Assembly (NCBI GenBank): GCA_020137815.1
Contig: CM035358.1
Coordinates: forward strand, 744,001 to 808,000
Length of the DNA stretch: 64,000 nt
Direction of reading: 5' to 3'
Source: Hormiphora californensis
Taxonomy: Eukaryota > Animalia > Ctenophora
The position numbers and the translations under genes were made by a program. Shown piece by piece: positions 33,462 through 46,577 of the stretch; positions within the stretch are counted from its first letter, which is position 1, and each line of letters starts with the position of its first letter. Below the pieces are notes generated by a model. That model saw only the letters and a list, made by a program, of their open reading frames with translations, was not told where the DNA came from and did no database searches.

Positions 33462-33541
33462 TTATTGTAGAAGAGCACGTTCTTCTACAATAAAACCCGT
33501 CTGCTCATTTTGTTTAGTCGGAAGGAGAAAACTTCCTCATT
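33462..33541 (+). repeat. Decayed second copy of the repeat at ~6028-6091 (minus)
   Basis: GTTCTTCTACAATAAAACCCGTCTGCTCATTTTGTTTAGTCGGAAGGAGAAAACTTCCTCA aligns with GTTCTTCTACGATAAAAACCCCGTCTACTCAATTTGTCCAGCCGGAAGGAGAAAACTTCCTCA. Confidence 0.8.
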
Positions 33542-33816
33542 GGGCGCACACAGACTGCCCATGCTTGACCATGCCCATATGTGGGCAAGATTTTGACCAA
33601 GTCGCACAGACTGACCAAACTTGGTCATTTGACCAAGCTTGGAGAGAAAACTGAAACTAATCCATAACATATCGAAAACCACTGAACCCGACTAATTTTG
33701 ATACGCTGAATCACGTAAGCAACTTTTCCAATCCGTCTGAGATCGGAAAAGTGTCCTAATTGAGTATAATTGGGTCTTAATGTGCATGGTCAAGCATGGG
33801 CAGTCTGTGTGTGCCC
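33542..33816. mobile_element. PIF/Harbinger-like MITE
   Basis: TIR GGGCGCACACAGACTGCCCATGCTTGACCATGC with a 3-bp TSD ATT. Confidence 0.8.
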
Positions 33817-34067
33817 ATTGTTATTCAGTAGAATATGTGTTGCTAACTAGTAACTGTTCTGTACTGAAGTATACTGACATCATTATGTACACATGTGGTT
33901 CCTTCACCACGTGCTCCACATACATCCCTCTCTTCCCAGGATACTTGCTATCTTTTGTCTCTTCCCCCAGTCATGTGCCATGCTTCCGCTATCCCTTTTG
34001 CTTTTAGAATGAACTCAAGGCTTATAATTAGATTCTTTTGTATTCCAATATATATTTCTGTAGTCCC

Positions 34068-34108
<41 letters not shown>

Positions 34109-34548
34109 TCTCTCAGCCTCACTCCCTCTCTCTCCCTCTCTCTCAGTCTCACTCCCTCTCTCTCCCTCTAGTCGAGCCCCTGTCCAGTGCATGCCACAGC
34201 AGGATACAAATTACAGATCTGGCACATACTTATTTCTTCCCGGAAATAATTAGCACAAAGAGGACATATTATATACAAACTATAGTTATTAGAGGGCCAT
34301 GAAAATAAGAAGATGGAAGAGATAGAAAGAGAGATGAAGAGAGATAGAGACAGAAAGAGAACGGCACGTCTGATAACTAGCAGACATATATAATGAAGGG
34401 CTCATTGATGGATTGCATGGCTAATTTTATATTGCATTTGGAGCACTGGAGCACAGCATACAACAGACTATAATGTACCACACTAATTTACCATCAAGAT
34501 TTAGTCTACAACTCTGATGTAAGGGCTTAATTTTTACTCAACCATTAA

Positions 34549-35938
34549 GGGTACGCTAACCAAAAATTTTTTTCGAGTGCAGGGAAATCTCTCACCGTAG
34601 GGTTGTAGGCCATGCCAAGGAGACCTCAAATATGCAATTTGAGCTCTCAAGTCGAATTCATATTTTTGCTACAGCTGCTTGAAAAATGAACTGTAAATAC
34701 GTTTTTGGCATCTCAAAAAAATTTTTTTAAAGATAGGAGCATGAAAATTTGGGGATTTGAAGAGGACATGAAAGTGAATAACCACAAAATTTTTTTTTGC
34801 AATCCGAGCTGATTTCCGGTCCTGAGATGGATTTCTTTTTTTCCACTTTAACGCCCTATTTGGCAAAGTTCCGAAAACATGTGAAAGCTGTAAATTGGTG
34901 AAAAGTTGCGTCTAACGATTATCTAAGTGGCCATAAATTTTGGGCGTGTCCTTATTTGAGATAAGCTGTACAGAGTTTCTTTTGTGAAAGCCGTCATTTC
35001 AGAAATAAATAAATTCCCTGTATCTCAAAAACGGCTGATCGTAGAGACCTGAGACTATGCTTAAACGATTCAGAAGGTCCGATTTTGGGGGGGTCTTCTG
35101 AGAGACATTTTGCTCCTACTTCAACCGTTTTTGCTGTAATTGCGAAAAACAAAAACCCATCTTCGCCATCGTGGATTTTTTGTGATTTTGTTTTTGGTGA
35201 TTATAGGGACCCATATGGACCAAATAGTGAAGGAATTAGCTTGTTACACATTTTTCCATAGTTTCGGTCCTTTCTTAGCTAAAATTCCCTAATTACAGGA
35301 TATTGGAGTTTAGCTTTTGCCCTTTTCATAGAATTTGTTTTTCGCAATTACAGCAAAAACGGTTGAAGTAGGAGCAAAATGTCTCTCAGAAGACCCCCCC
35401 AAAATCGGACCTTCTGAATCGTTTAAGCATAGTCTCAGGTCTCTACGATCAGCCGTTTTTGAGATACAGGGAATTTATTTATTTCTGAAATGACGGCTTT
35501 CACAAAAGAAACTCTGTACAGCTTATCTCAAATAAGGACACGCCCAAAATTTATGGCCACTTAGATAATCGTTAGACGCAACTTTTCACCAATTTACAGC
35601 TTTCACATGTTTTCGGAACTTTGCCAAATAGGGCGTTAAAGTGGAAAAAAAGAAATCCATCTCAGGACCGGAAATCAGCTCGGATTGCAAAAAAAAATTT
35701 TGTGGTTATTCACCTTCATGTCCTCTTCAAATCCCTAAATTTTCATGCTCCTATCTTTAAAAAAATTTTTTTGAGATGCCAAAAACGTATTTACAGTTCA
35801 TTTTTCAAGCAGCTGTAGCAAAAATATGAATTCGACTTGAGAGCTCAAATTGCATATTTGAGGTCTCCTTGGCATGGCCTACAACCCTACGGTGAGAGAT
35901 TTCCCTGCACTCGAAAAAAATTTTTGGTTAGCGTACCC
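34549..35938. mobile_element. Non-autonomous foldback element, Kolobok-like
   Basis: 605-bp near-identical inverted arms (34549-35153, 35334-35938) with a 180-bp spacer and a TTAA TSD. The purine (GGG) termini differ from the CCY termini of piggyBac. Confidence 0.8.
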
Positions 35939-36692
35939 TTAAACAAGTTGGTTTAGTCATAGCAACATTTTCGTTTCGCAGGCACCCTGACAGCTTTGGC
36001 ACTTTTCTTTTAGTAAACATCCGGAACTAGCTGAAAGTGCGACCACTAATCGTCGTCGAGTTTCCATGACCCTGTCAAACTCACGTGTGTGTTTTCATGA
36101 TACGTGCTAGTTGATTCATGTAACGCCTACCACCGGGTATATTCCCAATCACATTATCAGAGTCAGACTGCTGTGCAACAGTGCAACAATGCAACTATAA
36201 ACATGTGTTAAATAGCTTCATATTTAGTGGTACATATATGGAAAGAAGAGGGATCCCCGAGTCCATTTCATGTTTTGTATGGTTCTAGTTCATTTCAAAA
36301 TTTATCATCATTTTAGAATCAACTTTCTATCACTGTATGACATGACTCACATATTATAGTGCTATGTAGTTTTCCTGGTAGCTAATACTATCATAGTAGT
36401 GGCGTGCTAATTGTATTCCAGTACTAGTGGGGATATAGCTATGTCTATTTCTATATTTGTTTTGACGACAGTAATTGTTAAATTGTCATGTTAATTGGCC
36501 GATAATTGGTGCCCTCCAGTTCCTTGTTTTTGGCATTTGAAGTATGAATTGTGGTCGATTTCCCGTATAGTACACCATACAACGACACAGCATTTCATTA
36601 TTTCGTACCCCTCGTTAACTACTCAGTGAGGGTCGAGCGTGGACCATAGTTCAGATGTTTCCAAATTCCAATGGAGCAGAAACCGAATTATG

Positions 36693-36925
36693 AACTATAG
36701 TCCCTGGAAAATGACTAAGGAGGTTCAAGGTGCCCGCCGCACAATTTTTCCTACTTTTTTGCAAATTTGGTCCGCCTAATGTGTCCCAACATCTAAAACC
36801 AACCCAGCTACACACGGTGGAAGCATGGAATCACTTGTAACTCACGTTTCCTGCTTGCTATGCTCCTGAAACTACCGGTAACGCACATAACGAACCGCCT
36901 TAGTCATTTTCCAGGGACTATAGTT
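36693..36925. mobile_element. MITE
   Basis: Roughly 33-bp TIR AACTATAGTCCCTGGAAAATGACTAAGG; TSD ambiguous. Confidence 0.7.
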
Positions 36926-37177
36926 ATCAGAGGAGGTATTTGGGTGAATTTAATATCAAATTAATTAAATACCATATTCCCTTGGAATCAGAGGTTACCA
37001 TCCTTTGCAGCAAAAGGTTATTTTTGAGAGAGTAATGAAACGGGGTGTCACACCACTTCGCTGATTACCCCATTGCTTTGTTATCTATTCGTATGGCATT
37101 TCCTTGTTCGAATCTTTATGAAGCAGCTCACCATTCTATATTGTGGAGCGGCTCCTCCTCCGTCGCATGTTTCTTTC

Positions 37178-37400
37178 TTATTGTTGTTCTGCAGTTATAT
37201 TTAATAATAGTTAAAGTACTTATCTTGTGTATGTTGTTATTGTTGTTCTGCAGTTATATTTAATAATAGTTAAAGTACTTATCTTGTGTATGTTATTATT
37301 GTTGTTCTGCAGTTGTATTTAATAATAGTTAAAGTACTTATCTTATTGTTGTTCTGCAGTTGTATTTAATAATAGTTAAAGTCCTTATCTTGTGTATGTT
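37178..37400. repeat. ~58-bp tandem repeat, 4 copies
   Basis: Repeated TTATTGTTGTTCTGCAGTT(A/G)TATTTAATAATAGTTAAAGTACTTATCTT. Confidence 0.85.
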
Positions 37401-37511
37401 GTTTGTTTCACAACTCTTGTATAATTTCCGCTTTATTGTGGTCGCAGATGTTTATTTGAGTTCGTCTCCTCTATCTTATCTATCTTTCTATCTTTCTATT
37501 TTTCTCTCTAC

Positions 37512-37590
<79 letters not shown>

Positions 37591-38793
37591 TCTCTCACTC
37601 TCTCTCTCTCTCTCACTCTCTCATTCGTAGTCTCCTGGTCTCTCACTTACAAATCTGAACCGCAATCAGACAAGTGTCGGGCATCACACGTTATGTTTGG
37701 GTGAAATTATGTTGTATTATATTCAGATATTCAAGTATTAGTTTGTAGTTTGCAAACAATTTTTCTTTTTTAAGTTGTATACTTGTTGTGTTTTTTTAAA
37801 TTTCTGCTGTTAACTGTAGTACTGAGAGAGAGAGAGAGATAGCGAGAGACAAAGAGAAAGAGAGTGTGTGTGTGTGAGATAGAGAGGGAGATAGCGTACA
37901 CTGAAAAACACACACCTGTGTACAACTGCTATCCAAGTTGATTAGTTTATGTACGGTCATGTTCAGTACTCATTTTCACACCACAAGTCACTACCAGCCA
38001 GGCCACTACTGCAGGCCTGCACAGGGGTTCTTTTATCACATTGCTTCCATGCAGCTACTGCAGCAGTCAAACCTCGATTTTCTGGACTAGCTGAGGGAGG
38101 GTCTATGCACGATAAATCTAAGGTGCACGAATGGTAAAATATATTGTATGAGTAGTTTTATCGCTTCGACAAAGGTTTCTGTGTATCCCATGGACGAAGC
38201 TCAGAGTGTCCGTCGATTATAACACCATGCATATGGTTACTTTCGCTGCGAAATTTTTAGCTTTAATTGAGATTTTAGTCTTCTGTGATCTGATAAAACT
38301 CTAGCTCCTACTGACTTCTTGACGTAAATCTTGTCATAATTTGTTACATCATGTCATATTACGGCGCCTAATTTTAATTCGAATCAAATATTCCATCTAG
38401 CTCTACCTCTCTTTTTATATTTCATTCCTATATTTTAACTCAAATAACACCTTTCCCCACTTTCAAACAACTTTGTGTGAATTGTGAAATCATAAATTAA
38501 TGGCAGCATTTTGACACCGCACGCATTACATAACACATTATCAGTAGCATTTTGACTGTGAGAAATGTATTGGCTTGTTGTAGTAGCTGCGTATGTAATG
38601 ACAAGGCATATATAATAGCCATATAATTCTATTGTAATGCGTATTATGTGTGTATACAATTAGGAAAAGCAGGAATCTTCGTCTATAAATCTTCAATGTG
38701 TTCATGACCATGTTGTAGTTTGTACATTCTTCGACGCCCTTTCGCTTTCGTTTTGATTATGATTAGTGACTACATAATTTAAGTTATATAGTA

Positions 38794-38960
38794 CATAACG
38801 TTCTGCACGCAGTGCAAGCGCGCCATATACGCTCTGCACTGCAGACCGTATATGGAGGTGAAATGCACGACAGCGGAGCTGGAGTGCATTTCACATCTAT
38901 ATTGCACGAGTGTAACGAGTGCGATATAGGACCGCTTGCACAAGCCGTGCAGGACGTTAT
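38794..38960. mobile_element. Decayed palindromic MITE-like element
   Basis: ATAACGTTCTGCACG..TGCAAGCG pairs with CGCTTGCA..CGTGCAGGACGTTAT; inner GTGAAATGCAC pairs with GTGCATTTCAC. Confidence 0.5.
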
Positions 38961-39553
38961 TGAGTATATATTCCGCGAGAAAACACATGACAAGCAAAAC
39001 AATCATAATTTTGGGTGATTACACACAGAGAGATATGACAAAACAAGGTACAAACTAAGCAAAACTACACAAAAATACACTACTACACCTTTTACACACA
39101 AGGGGACCACGTTTTGACAGTTTTAACAGTGAAAAGAAGAGAGGGATAAAGAGAGAGATATGAGAGAGGGAGATTGGAATTCTTGGAAATAGTGAACAAC
39201 AAAACATGATAAGGGGATAATTAGTGAGAGAAAGAGGGAGAGTGAGTGTAATTTGACAGACTTTGTGTCGCTTGGCACTGTGTCAGTCATATTCTGTGTG
39301 TTTGTGTGTGAATAAGGTGTAAAAACACTGAGGGGACACTGTTCTTACTTATATCCCGCTACCCCTATATCTGCACGCTCCCGCGGAAGCAGAGTGCATA
39401 TTTCACCGTGCAAATGGTCGCGCGGAGCGGGAGTGATATGTGCACTCGCGGTATATATATGTACATAATATTTTAGTTGCCTCATATGTACATCTTTCTA
39501 ACCTGTTTCCCGCCTTTCTATAGCTCTAAAGTATGTTTGGCAATCCTACGGGA

Positions 39554-39667
39554 AGGTGACACACTGAGTTGCTAGGTGACACACTGAGTTGCTAGGTGAC
39601 ACACTGAGTTGCTAGGTGACACACTGAGTTGCTAGGTGACACACTGAGTTGCCAGGGGGTTGCTAGG
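39554..39667. repeat. 20-bp array (AGGTGACACACTGAGTTGCT)x5 immediately upstream of a GPCR start
   Basis: Directly visible; every unit contains AG|GT. Confidence 0.9.
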
Positions 39668-39672
39668 TAACG

Positions 39673-41480
39673 ATGGTTGCCGTGAATGGTGACGTCACGA
39701 CTGGTAAAGTGCTCCTCTGTGTGGTGCTCATCGGATCAGTTGGAAACATTGCCATCTGGGTGTTCAAGTTTATACACCGGAAATGCTACAATTACAGTCT
39801 GGTAAGTCATTCCGCAAGCAATGCAGACAGGAGCAATTGTTTACTCCGCAAGCAATGCAGACAGGAGCAATTGTTTACTCCGCAAGCAATGCAGACAGGA
39901 GCAATTGTTTACTCCGCAAGCAATGCAGACAGGAGCAATTGTTTACTCCGCAAGCAATGCAGACAGGAGCAATTGCTTACTCCGCAAACATGACCCATTC
40001 GATATTAACATGTTCAAATTGATCTATGATATATTTGGTTGTTTGTAGGACAGAGCAAGCCGCGATGGTATGCGCCGTAATACTAGCGTTTTCATGGTAA
40101 ACAATACACATGCACTATCAGCACAGGGTCTTTGTCAAATTAGGGAAAATATCTGTACCTAAACTAATGTTTCACCGTTATTTTACTACCGTGATCTAGA
40201 ATAAGAATTCAAGTTTCTGAAACGTCAGTTTTTGTACATGATATTTTTCTCACAAGTGCATTTCCCCAGATAGATATATATGTTGTGGGACTGAATGTAT
40301 TTGCTGATCTTTTTTGCCCGAAAAAGATCGTTTAGTTCTGCCATATATGGCCATGTTCCACAGCACTCTGCATATTATTGTAACAATTTGTGATCAAATT
40401 AGCACATCTACCAAATTATATTTCACATGTAAACCTAGATTTACCGGACTCCTCGCGGGATCCACAGAGGCATTTTATATCCGTCCGGTATATCGAGGTT
40501 CCGGTAACGTCGTTTAACACGGATCCAAACCTTTTCAGTTGCATGCTGCCATCGCAATGATTGATATTATCCGCTGCCTTACTCTCGGATCCTTCGTCAC
40601 CGTATTGTTGATATCGAGGCGACAGGGAGATTGGGTGGCATCAATATGTCCTAGTGTCGGTAGGTTATGAGTTATTCTAACCCTCCTTTACATTTGTAAA
40701 AGAGGGGCGTGTTGAGACAGGGTCGAACAAGGAAAGTATATGTATATCTCTCCGTTCCTGTTCTTCTCTAACTAACCGTTATATTTCATTTTCCATTGAG
40801 ATTAAAATGACTTTTAACAAATCCTTGATTCAGGTATAATAGTGCTGCTGACAATGTGTACTCCTGGCTACGTTTTCCTCGCCCTACTCCTCGAGGACTG
40901 TAACATTAGCGCCATATTCGGTGGGAACATCAGGAAGATGAGGTGCCTGAGTTTTACAATCATCACATTCGGGTTCCTGTTTACCATGTCCACTGGTATA
41001 ACACCTTTCCTTTTTGGAGGAGGATACACCTACGTAAATCATAGTGTGTCATGTCAACCGTCCAATGGAAAAGACGAAATGAAGGAGGACCATATTGCCG
41101 AGAATTTGTACCATTTTTTCGGGAGTGTTCAAATTTACTGGGTCGTTATGCTGACCTCAGTGGTGTTCCTGTGTAAGAATATCAACAGGAATGGTATTAC
41201 TGTGCTGGGGAAACCATCCACCTCCTCCCTCCTCATATTCTTTTACCTCCTTTGTTTCCTGCCTGAGAGTGTCTCAGAGACATTGAGCTGCCTGAGGATA
41301 TTTAACATTATCCTAGTCCCTGAATTCGCGGAGGACAACGAGGTTTATGAGATGTATGCGCACGTCGTCATGGCAGTTATTTTACCTATTGTGTCCAGCG
41401 CAGCGAACTGTCTTGTTCACTTTTTCTACATTATCCGATTCCCAACTATGGTCCAGTATGAGGTGACTCCAGACGATTAA
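39673..41480 (+). CDS. Divergent rhodopsin-class GPCR, ~298 aa; exons 39673-39801, 40539-40659, 40834-41480
   Basis: TM1 LIGSVGN, TM2 IAMID, Cys at the top of TM3, ECL2 Cys (SVSCQP), TM6 FYLLCFLP and TM7 SSAANCLVH. Phases are consistent. Confidence 0.75.
39810..39988. repeat. 35-bp minisatellite (~5 units) starting 8 bp after a GPCR donor
   Basis: Unit CTCCGCAAGCAATGCAGACAGGAGCAATTGTTTA-like. Confidence 0.9.
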
Positions 41481-41644
41481 GAGATTGTGTTTTTCTGTAA
41501 TTCGAGTTTTTAGAAATTTGTAAAAAGATCTGTACATTTTCCGTTTTATTATTTTTGCTGACAAAACCAATATGCCGAGTTTTGCTTTGATGGTTAATTA
41601 GATGAACTGTTATAAAAGTTCCAACGTCACATATATTAGCATAC

Positions 41645-41734
41645 CTTTATCCTTTGACTCAGGATTCTTGGATAGTCGCTTGACGTACTTCATCCAGTGG
41701 AAGGGGGGCCCCCAGTGGAAGACTGTGTTGTATT
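41645..41734 (-). CDS. Orphan internal exon of an unidentified minus-strand gene
   Basis: Pyrimidine-rich ..CATTAG acceptor, AAG|GTATGC donor, 90 bp, open frame YNTVFHWGPPFHWMKYVKRLSKNPESKDK. Confidence 0.35.
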
Positions 41735-41943
41735 CTAATGGGGTGCGGTGAGAGAGGGTCGAGCAAGGAAGACTATATTAATAACTGGGATGACTCAATG
41801 ATTACTCCCATCTTGGTAACAAAGGTATTGATTTGAGGGGTATTAGCACTTTTGCCTTACGAGTACCAATAACAAAAGACCTCCATTAAATTTCAAATTA
41901 AGTGAGCTTAGCTACCCAGTTATACAGGTGCAAACTTCACCGA

Positions 41944-42116
<173 letters not shown>

Positions 42117-42373
42117 AAGAGGGAATTTTCTAGAATGAGTCATTGGTATTATTTGAGAACCTCTATTTTGAATGAGCCCTCATAGAGTTGTTGACCTAGA
42201 AACACTGTCTTATGTCTAAATTGTGGAAGTTTTTTTCCAGCTTCTTTGATTAAGTAAACGGCCTAAAATTTTTTCTAGTGTTTTATAGGTGCTAGACGAG
42301 CTAGTTGTTAGTTGTGTACAGACTACAATCCTTCCTTCTTTGTTTGATGCCAACCACTTCACAGGTTGTATAA

Positions 42374-42876
42374 ATGCTGCAAGACAGACACTATGTCCGG
42401 TTGTTGGCCCTAAGACTGGGTCTAGAGGTCCGGCCCGTATCCCTGGCCCAGCGTCGTCGTGCACATCTCGCAAAGCGATCATTCGTTATGCCGTGGAGTC
42501 CTGTGACCGGTGGACGAGTTACCTCTCCTTTGGAACGGAGAAATGGGATCTTTAGCTTTAGCTGCACTGTCCACGGGAAATCCAGTACGTTGTATAAATG
42601 TACATACTATCATGCTATCCTGTGTCACTCGTTGTTTTCACCCGACCCTCCTTCAATTATCTCGTCTTTTCTTGCTCAAATGGAAACTAAGGTTCAGGTA
42701 CATTGTTCACACTAACTATCTAAATAGCAGCTGTACTTTCAGTGAGTTCTAAAAAGTGCCTGGATTGTGTAGAAGAAGAGGAAGAGTACAGGGCACACAC
42801 CCTCAATTGGAAGGCAAGTGACTACGCCGCTGAACTCCGACGCAGACGAGGCATTGTGGTTCCACCTATATTCACG
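42374..42876 (+). CDS. Putative first two exons (42374-42584, 42743-42876) of an unidentified gene
   Basis: An acceptor lies 9 nt before the ATG. A phase-1 GT-AG join gives ..SCTVHGKSMSSKKCLDCVEEEEEYRAHTLNWKASDYAAELRRRRGIVVPPIFT. Confidence 0.4.
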
Positions 42877-43665
42877 GTACAGTTAATTTAATTTTACATG
42901 TATTTTGATCGCTGTGCTGCGCTGTGTTTCACGCTTCCTGCTATTAAAAAACAATTCAAGTTTAGAAATAGATAAGGTTGTGGGGAATCGCTGATCAAGG
43001 TATTTTTCGGGATTTCTAGTTGCCTAGCTCGACCCCCTTTCGCGGCGCGCTCTGCCCTTTTTTTATAAAATAGAATGGATTTGAGCAAAACAAGCTCGAC
43101 CCCTTTTGACCAAAACAAGTTCTAGTACTGTCTAGTCTGTAAAATTCTTTTTTGAGCATTTAAGCATTTTATACTGTTGCACGAGGATGGGAAAGCAAAA
43201 GTAAATTCTTTCAGAATTACTTTTTTACTGTATTGCCACGTTATAAAGAAGCTTATGAATTGGCTAGTACAAGTGAGACTCTCAAATACTTGCAGTATGA
43301 GGTTTGCCTTATTGTTAGTAATTTCTCTTGATGTTCCGGGCTTATAAGGGACATGTTTGGTTTGGTATGTTCGCCAATTATTAAAGTATGCTACTTGTCG
43401 CTAGATATCATCTTAGCTTCATGGACAGAGCAAGTTGTTATGAGAGAGGAAAAACAATTTGATTGCCAAAATTTTGTGATGTCAATTGGAATTAGGCAAA
43501 CGGGTGTGACAGAGGGACACGACTGTTTTGTGAATTTGTGGCGTGCAGCTGTAGGCCGTGATTTGACAGTTTCTGTACATTTGTTTTGTTCGATTTGGCC
43601 AACTGCTCAGCTGTGCTAAATGTCAAGGTTGGTACATGTCATCCATGAATAGTTATTTTACCAAT

Positions 43666-44179
43666 TAGTGGGAGACACTAGCGTGGTACGCGCAAAAAAA
43701 TGCGCGCCACACCAATTTCGTTTTTCAAAAAACACGCAAGAAAAATTTTTTCAAGATCGACTTTTCACGTTTTGGCTCATAACTCCTGTTCCTGATAAGA
43801 TAAAGACTTCAAACCTTCGCCATTCGATGGGGCTTGAAATTCCCTTTCCAACGGTATGCAAACGGTTTCTGTAGCTCATCAGGAACCGGAGATATGATCA
43901 CTTATGATAATAACCGCGTAAGTTTCCTTCGGTATTATCATAATTGATCATATCTCCGGTTCCTGATGAGCTAGAGAAACCGTTTGCATACCGTTGGAAA
44001 GGGAATTTCAAGCCCCATCGAATGGCGAAGGTTTGAAGTCTTTATCTTATCAGGAAAAGGAGTTATGAGCCAAAACGTGAAAAGTCGATCTTGAAAAACT
44101 TTTTCTTGTGTGTTTTTTGAAAAACGAAATTGGTGTGGCGCGCATTTTTTTGCGTGTACCACGCTAGTGTCTCCCACTA
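43666..44179. mobile_element. Palindromic MITE (Academ-like TAG termini)
   Basis: Roughly 250-bp arms with a ~13-bp spacer; TAGTGGGAGACAC...GTGTCTCCCACTA flanked by AAT/AAT. A TA TSD reading is also possible. Confidence 0.8.
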
Positions 44180-46495
44180 AATTTTAACACCAATTAACAC
44201 TAGCTGGAATTACCGATTACGATTTGGTAATGTTCACTGAATCATATTAATTCGGATCACCGATGTAGAAAAAAATTAACATCATTCAATATGAACAATT
44301 AACATCATTCAGTATGAACAATTAAGCAGAAGGATTGATAATTCGTTCTGGTGAAACCGAGAAAATTTTTCGGTTTTTGTGCTAAAAAGTCATAGTTTTT
44401 GTCTAATCATGAAAAGTACTGGGGCCAGTTCCTGAAAAGTACTGGGCCCATGGCGTACCCTACCCCCCCCCCCTTCCCCTATGTATGCGTGTTCAGTATG
44501 GACAATTAAGGATTGATCATTCGTTCTGGTGAATGGTTCATTCACTGTCAGGCGACTCAATCCTTCTGGAAGATCTAGTAATTGATAAGGCGTGACGATG
44601 GATACTAATCTAGCGAAGATAATCGATCACATGATCGTCTCTTTTTTTTCTCTGTCTCTCGTCTATCTCTCTCTGTCTAATTCTATCTTCCGCATAATTT
44701 CACAATATGGCGACAATTGATCGGAAACCATTCAGCCATTCAAAAAGTTATACCAGCCAACTGACCAAATCAGACCCAAAATGTATATATATCCAGTGCG
44801 GAATACTCACAGCAATTAATACAAAGGTGCGGAAAAGTCTAGGAAAACCAAATGAAACAAAATCCAGCCAATTAGCGTTAAGTACCTGACTAATAACTGA
44901 ATGTATACCATTATATGTGCATTAAATGAAGCTCTCAGTACTATCTGTTGCAGACACAGTGACAAAAATCGTAATCCTTTGCTCTCTCATGTTGTGATTG
45001 TCGTTGTGGTTCAAGTGTGTTCGGAATATACAATCACCCACTTGGTGGTTTTATTCGAGTTGTTCAAGGAAAAGGTTGAGTCGCTTGACACTGTGTCCGT
45101 GCTCCGCATAAAAAGAAATTAAATGAACAATTCAAAGAAAAGGTAAGATTATAAGTTTAAAAAGAGTATATAAATGTTGTTTGTACTTGGCTGTTGGTTT
45201 GTATCGTCCCAGACATCATTCAATAGTTTTCAGACATTAGACAAGAATTATATCAGCTGCAAATCGATTCAATATCACATCGATTGAATTTAAATTCCGT
45301 TCCCAATTGTGTATATTATCAACACTAACAGTATGAAATTTAGTACAATTATACAGGCAATTGAAAGGTGTCCTAATTTTGAACAAAATTCACACTGATA
45401 ATCAAATTCCATTTGATACACAGAATTTGTCTTTCTTTGTTAGTTCTTTGCCAAAATTTACCACATTTCTCTCTCAATAACGCCAATATATTGACTGAAG
45501 TTATATTCTATTGTCACAATGTCACAGTATTCATTCTTCATTTTTCTAAATTGGTCTTTTGTAACACTTTCCAAAAACTCTCTTGAAAGCTTTGTCCAAG
45601 AGCATTCAAAGCTCAATTTCGATATGCTTCAACTGTGAGCTCGCATCCACTGATTTTATCCATGAATATATTCATGCGAGCTCACAGTTCAAGCACAGTT
45701 CAAGCATTCGTATCTACAGTTCAAGCATTCGTATCTACTCCTTTCAAAATACACCTGGTAATTCCCACACAACAATTGTCCCCCACACCATTATATATCC
45801 TATTCTTTGTGCTGACCTCATCCCCTCAATTACTGGCCACCACACGCATTACAGTACTGGCACTCACTTTCCATATACAATACCTCTGCATACATGATTT
45901 GGTATTAGTTTTAATTTGCCGGTAATTGGGTGCCCACAAAACACACAGTGTAGGATTCGTGTCGCCAATTTTTGGGCCACACTTTTTTGTTGTAGCCTAA
46001 ATTATCAGTGCTGTTGAATGCCGGGTTTCGACTGTGAAGATGTAGATATACCTATATAATGGTAATTTTAATGGTACTGTTTTTTGTTGTTTTTGTTGTT
46101 TGTCTATCAGTGCCATTACACAAAGGTAAACTTTTGTACAATCCTTAGTTTTGATAATTTGCTTCTTGTACAAAACTTGGCAACTTGCAGTTATCAACAA
46201 ACCTTTTCGATGAAATACCATAAGAAGAAGTGCACCAATCACAGCCCTAGATCATGCTGAAAAAGTACCCTTTATTAGTTTACTATTGGTTTAGTGCCTA
46301 AAAATTACACTTATCGTTTTTGAAAACAGTTTCTCCACTATAACAGGCGGTGCTTTATGACGCATCACATTCTCTAAATTAGGATTTTGAACTAACACCT
46401 ATAATTTTGTTGAAGCCTGAATTCCGCAGCTACTGATCATGCTCTCTGCTCAACCAAACGATTCTCACTGATTTGATAGTAATTACTGTTAGAAT

Positions 46496-46577
<82 letters not shown>

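Noticed and set aside
34669-35818. Paired near-identical ORFs on opposite strands (also 16418/17435 and 43668/43971)
   Set aside because: They are by-products of inverted repeats and have no transposase motifs.
38450-38555. LCNACG GATA-finger-like motif on the minus strand
   Set aside because: I found no first CxxC half or WRR motif, and the downstream residues are not GATA-like.
43955-43990. CTGATGA..GAAAC hammerhead-like string in a MITE (also CTGATGA at ~47037)
   Set aside because: No helix II can form here, and no GAAA box follows at 47037.
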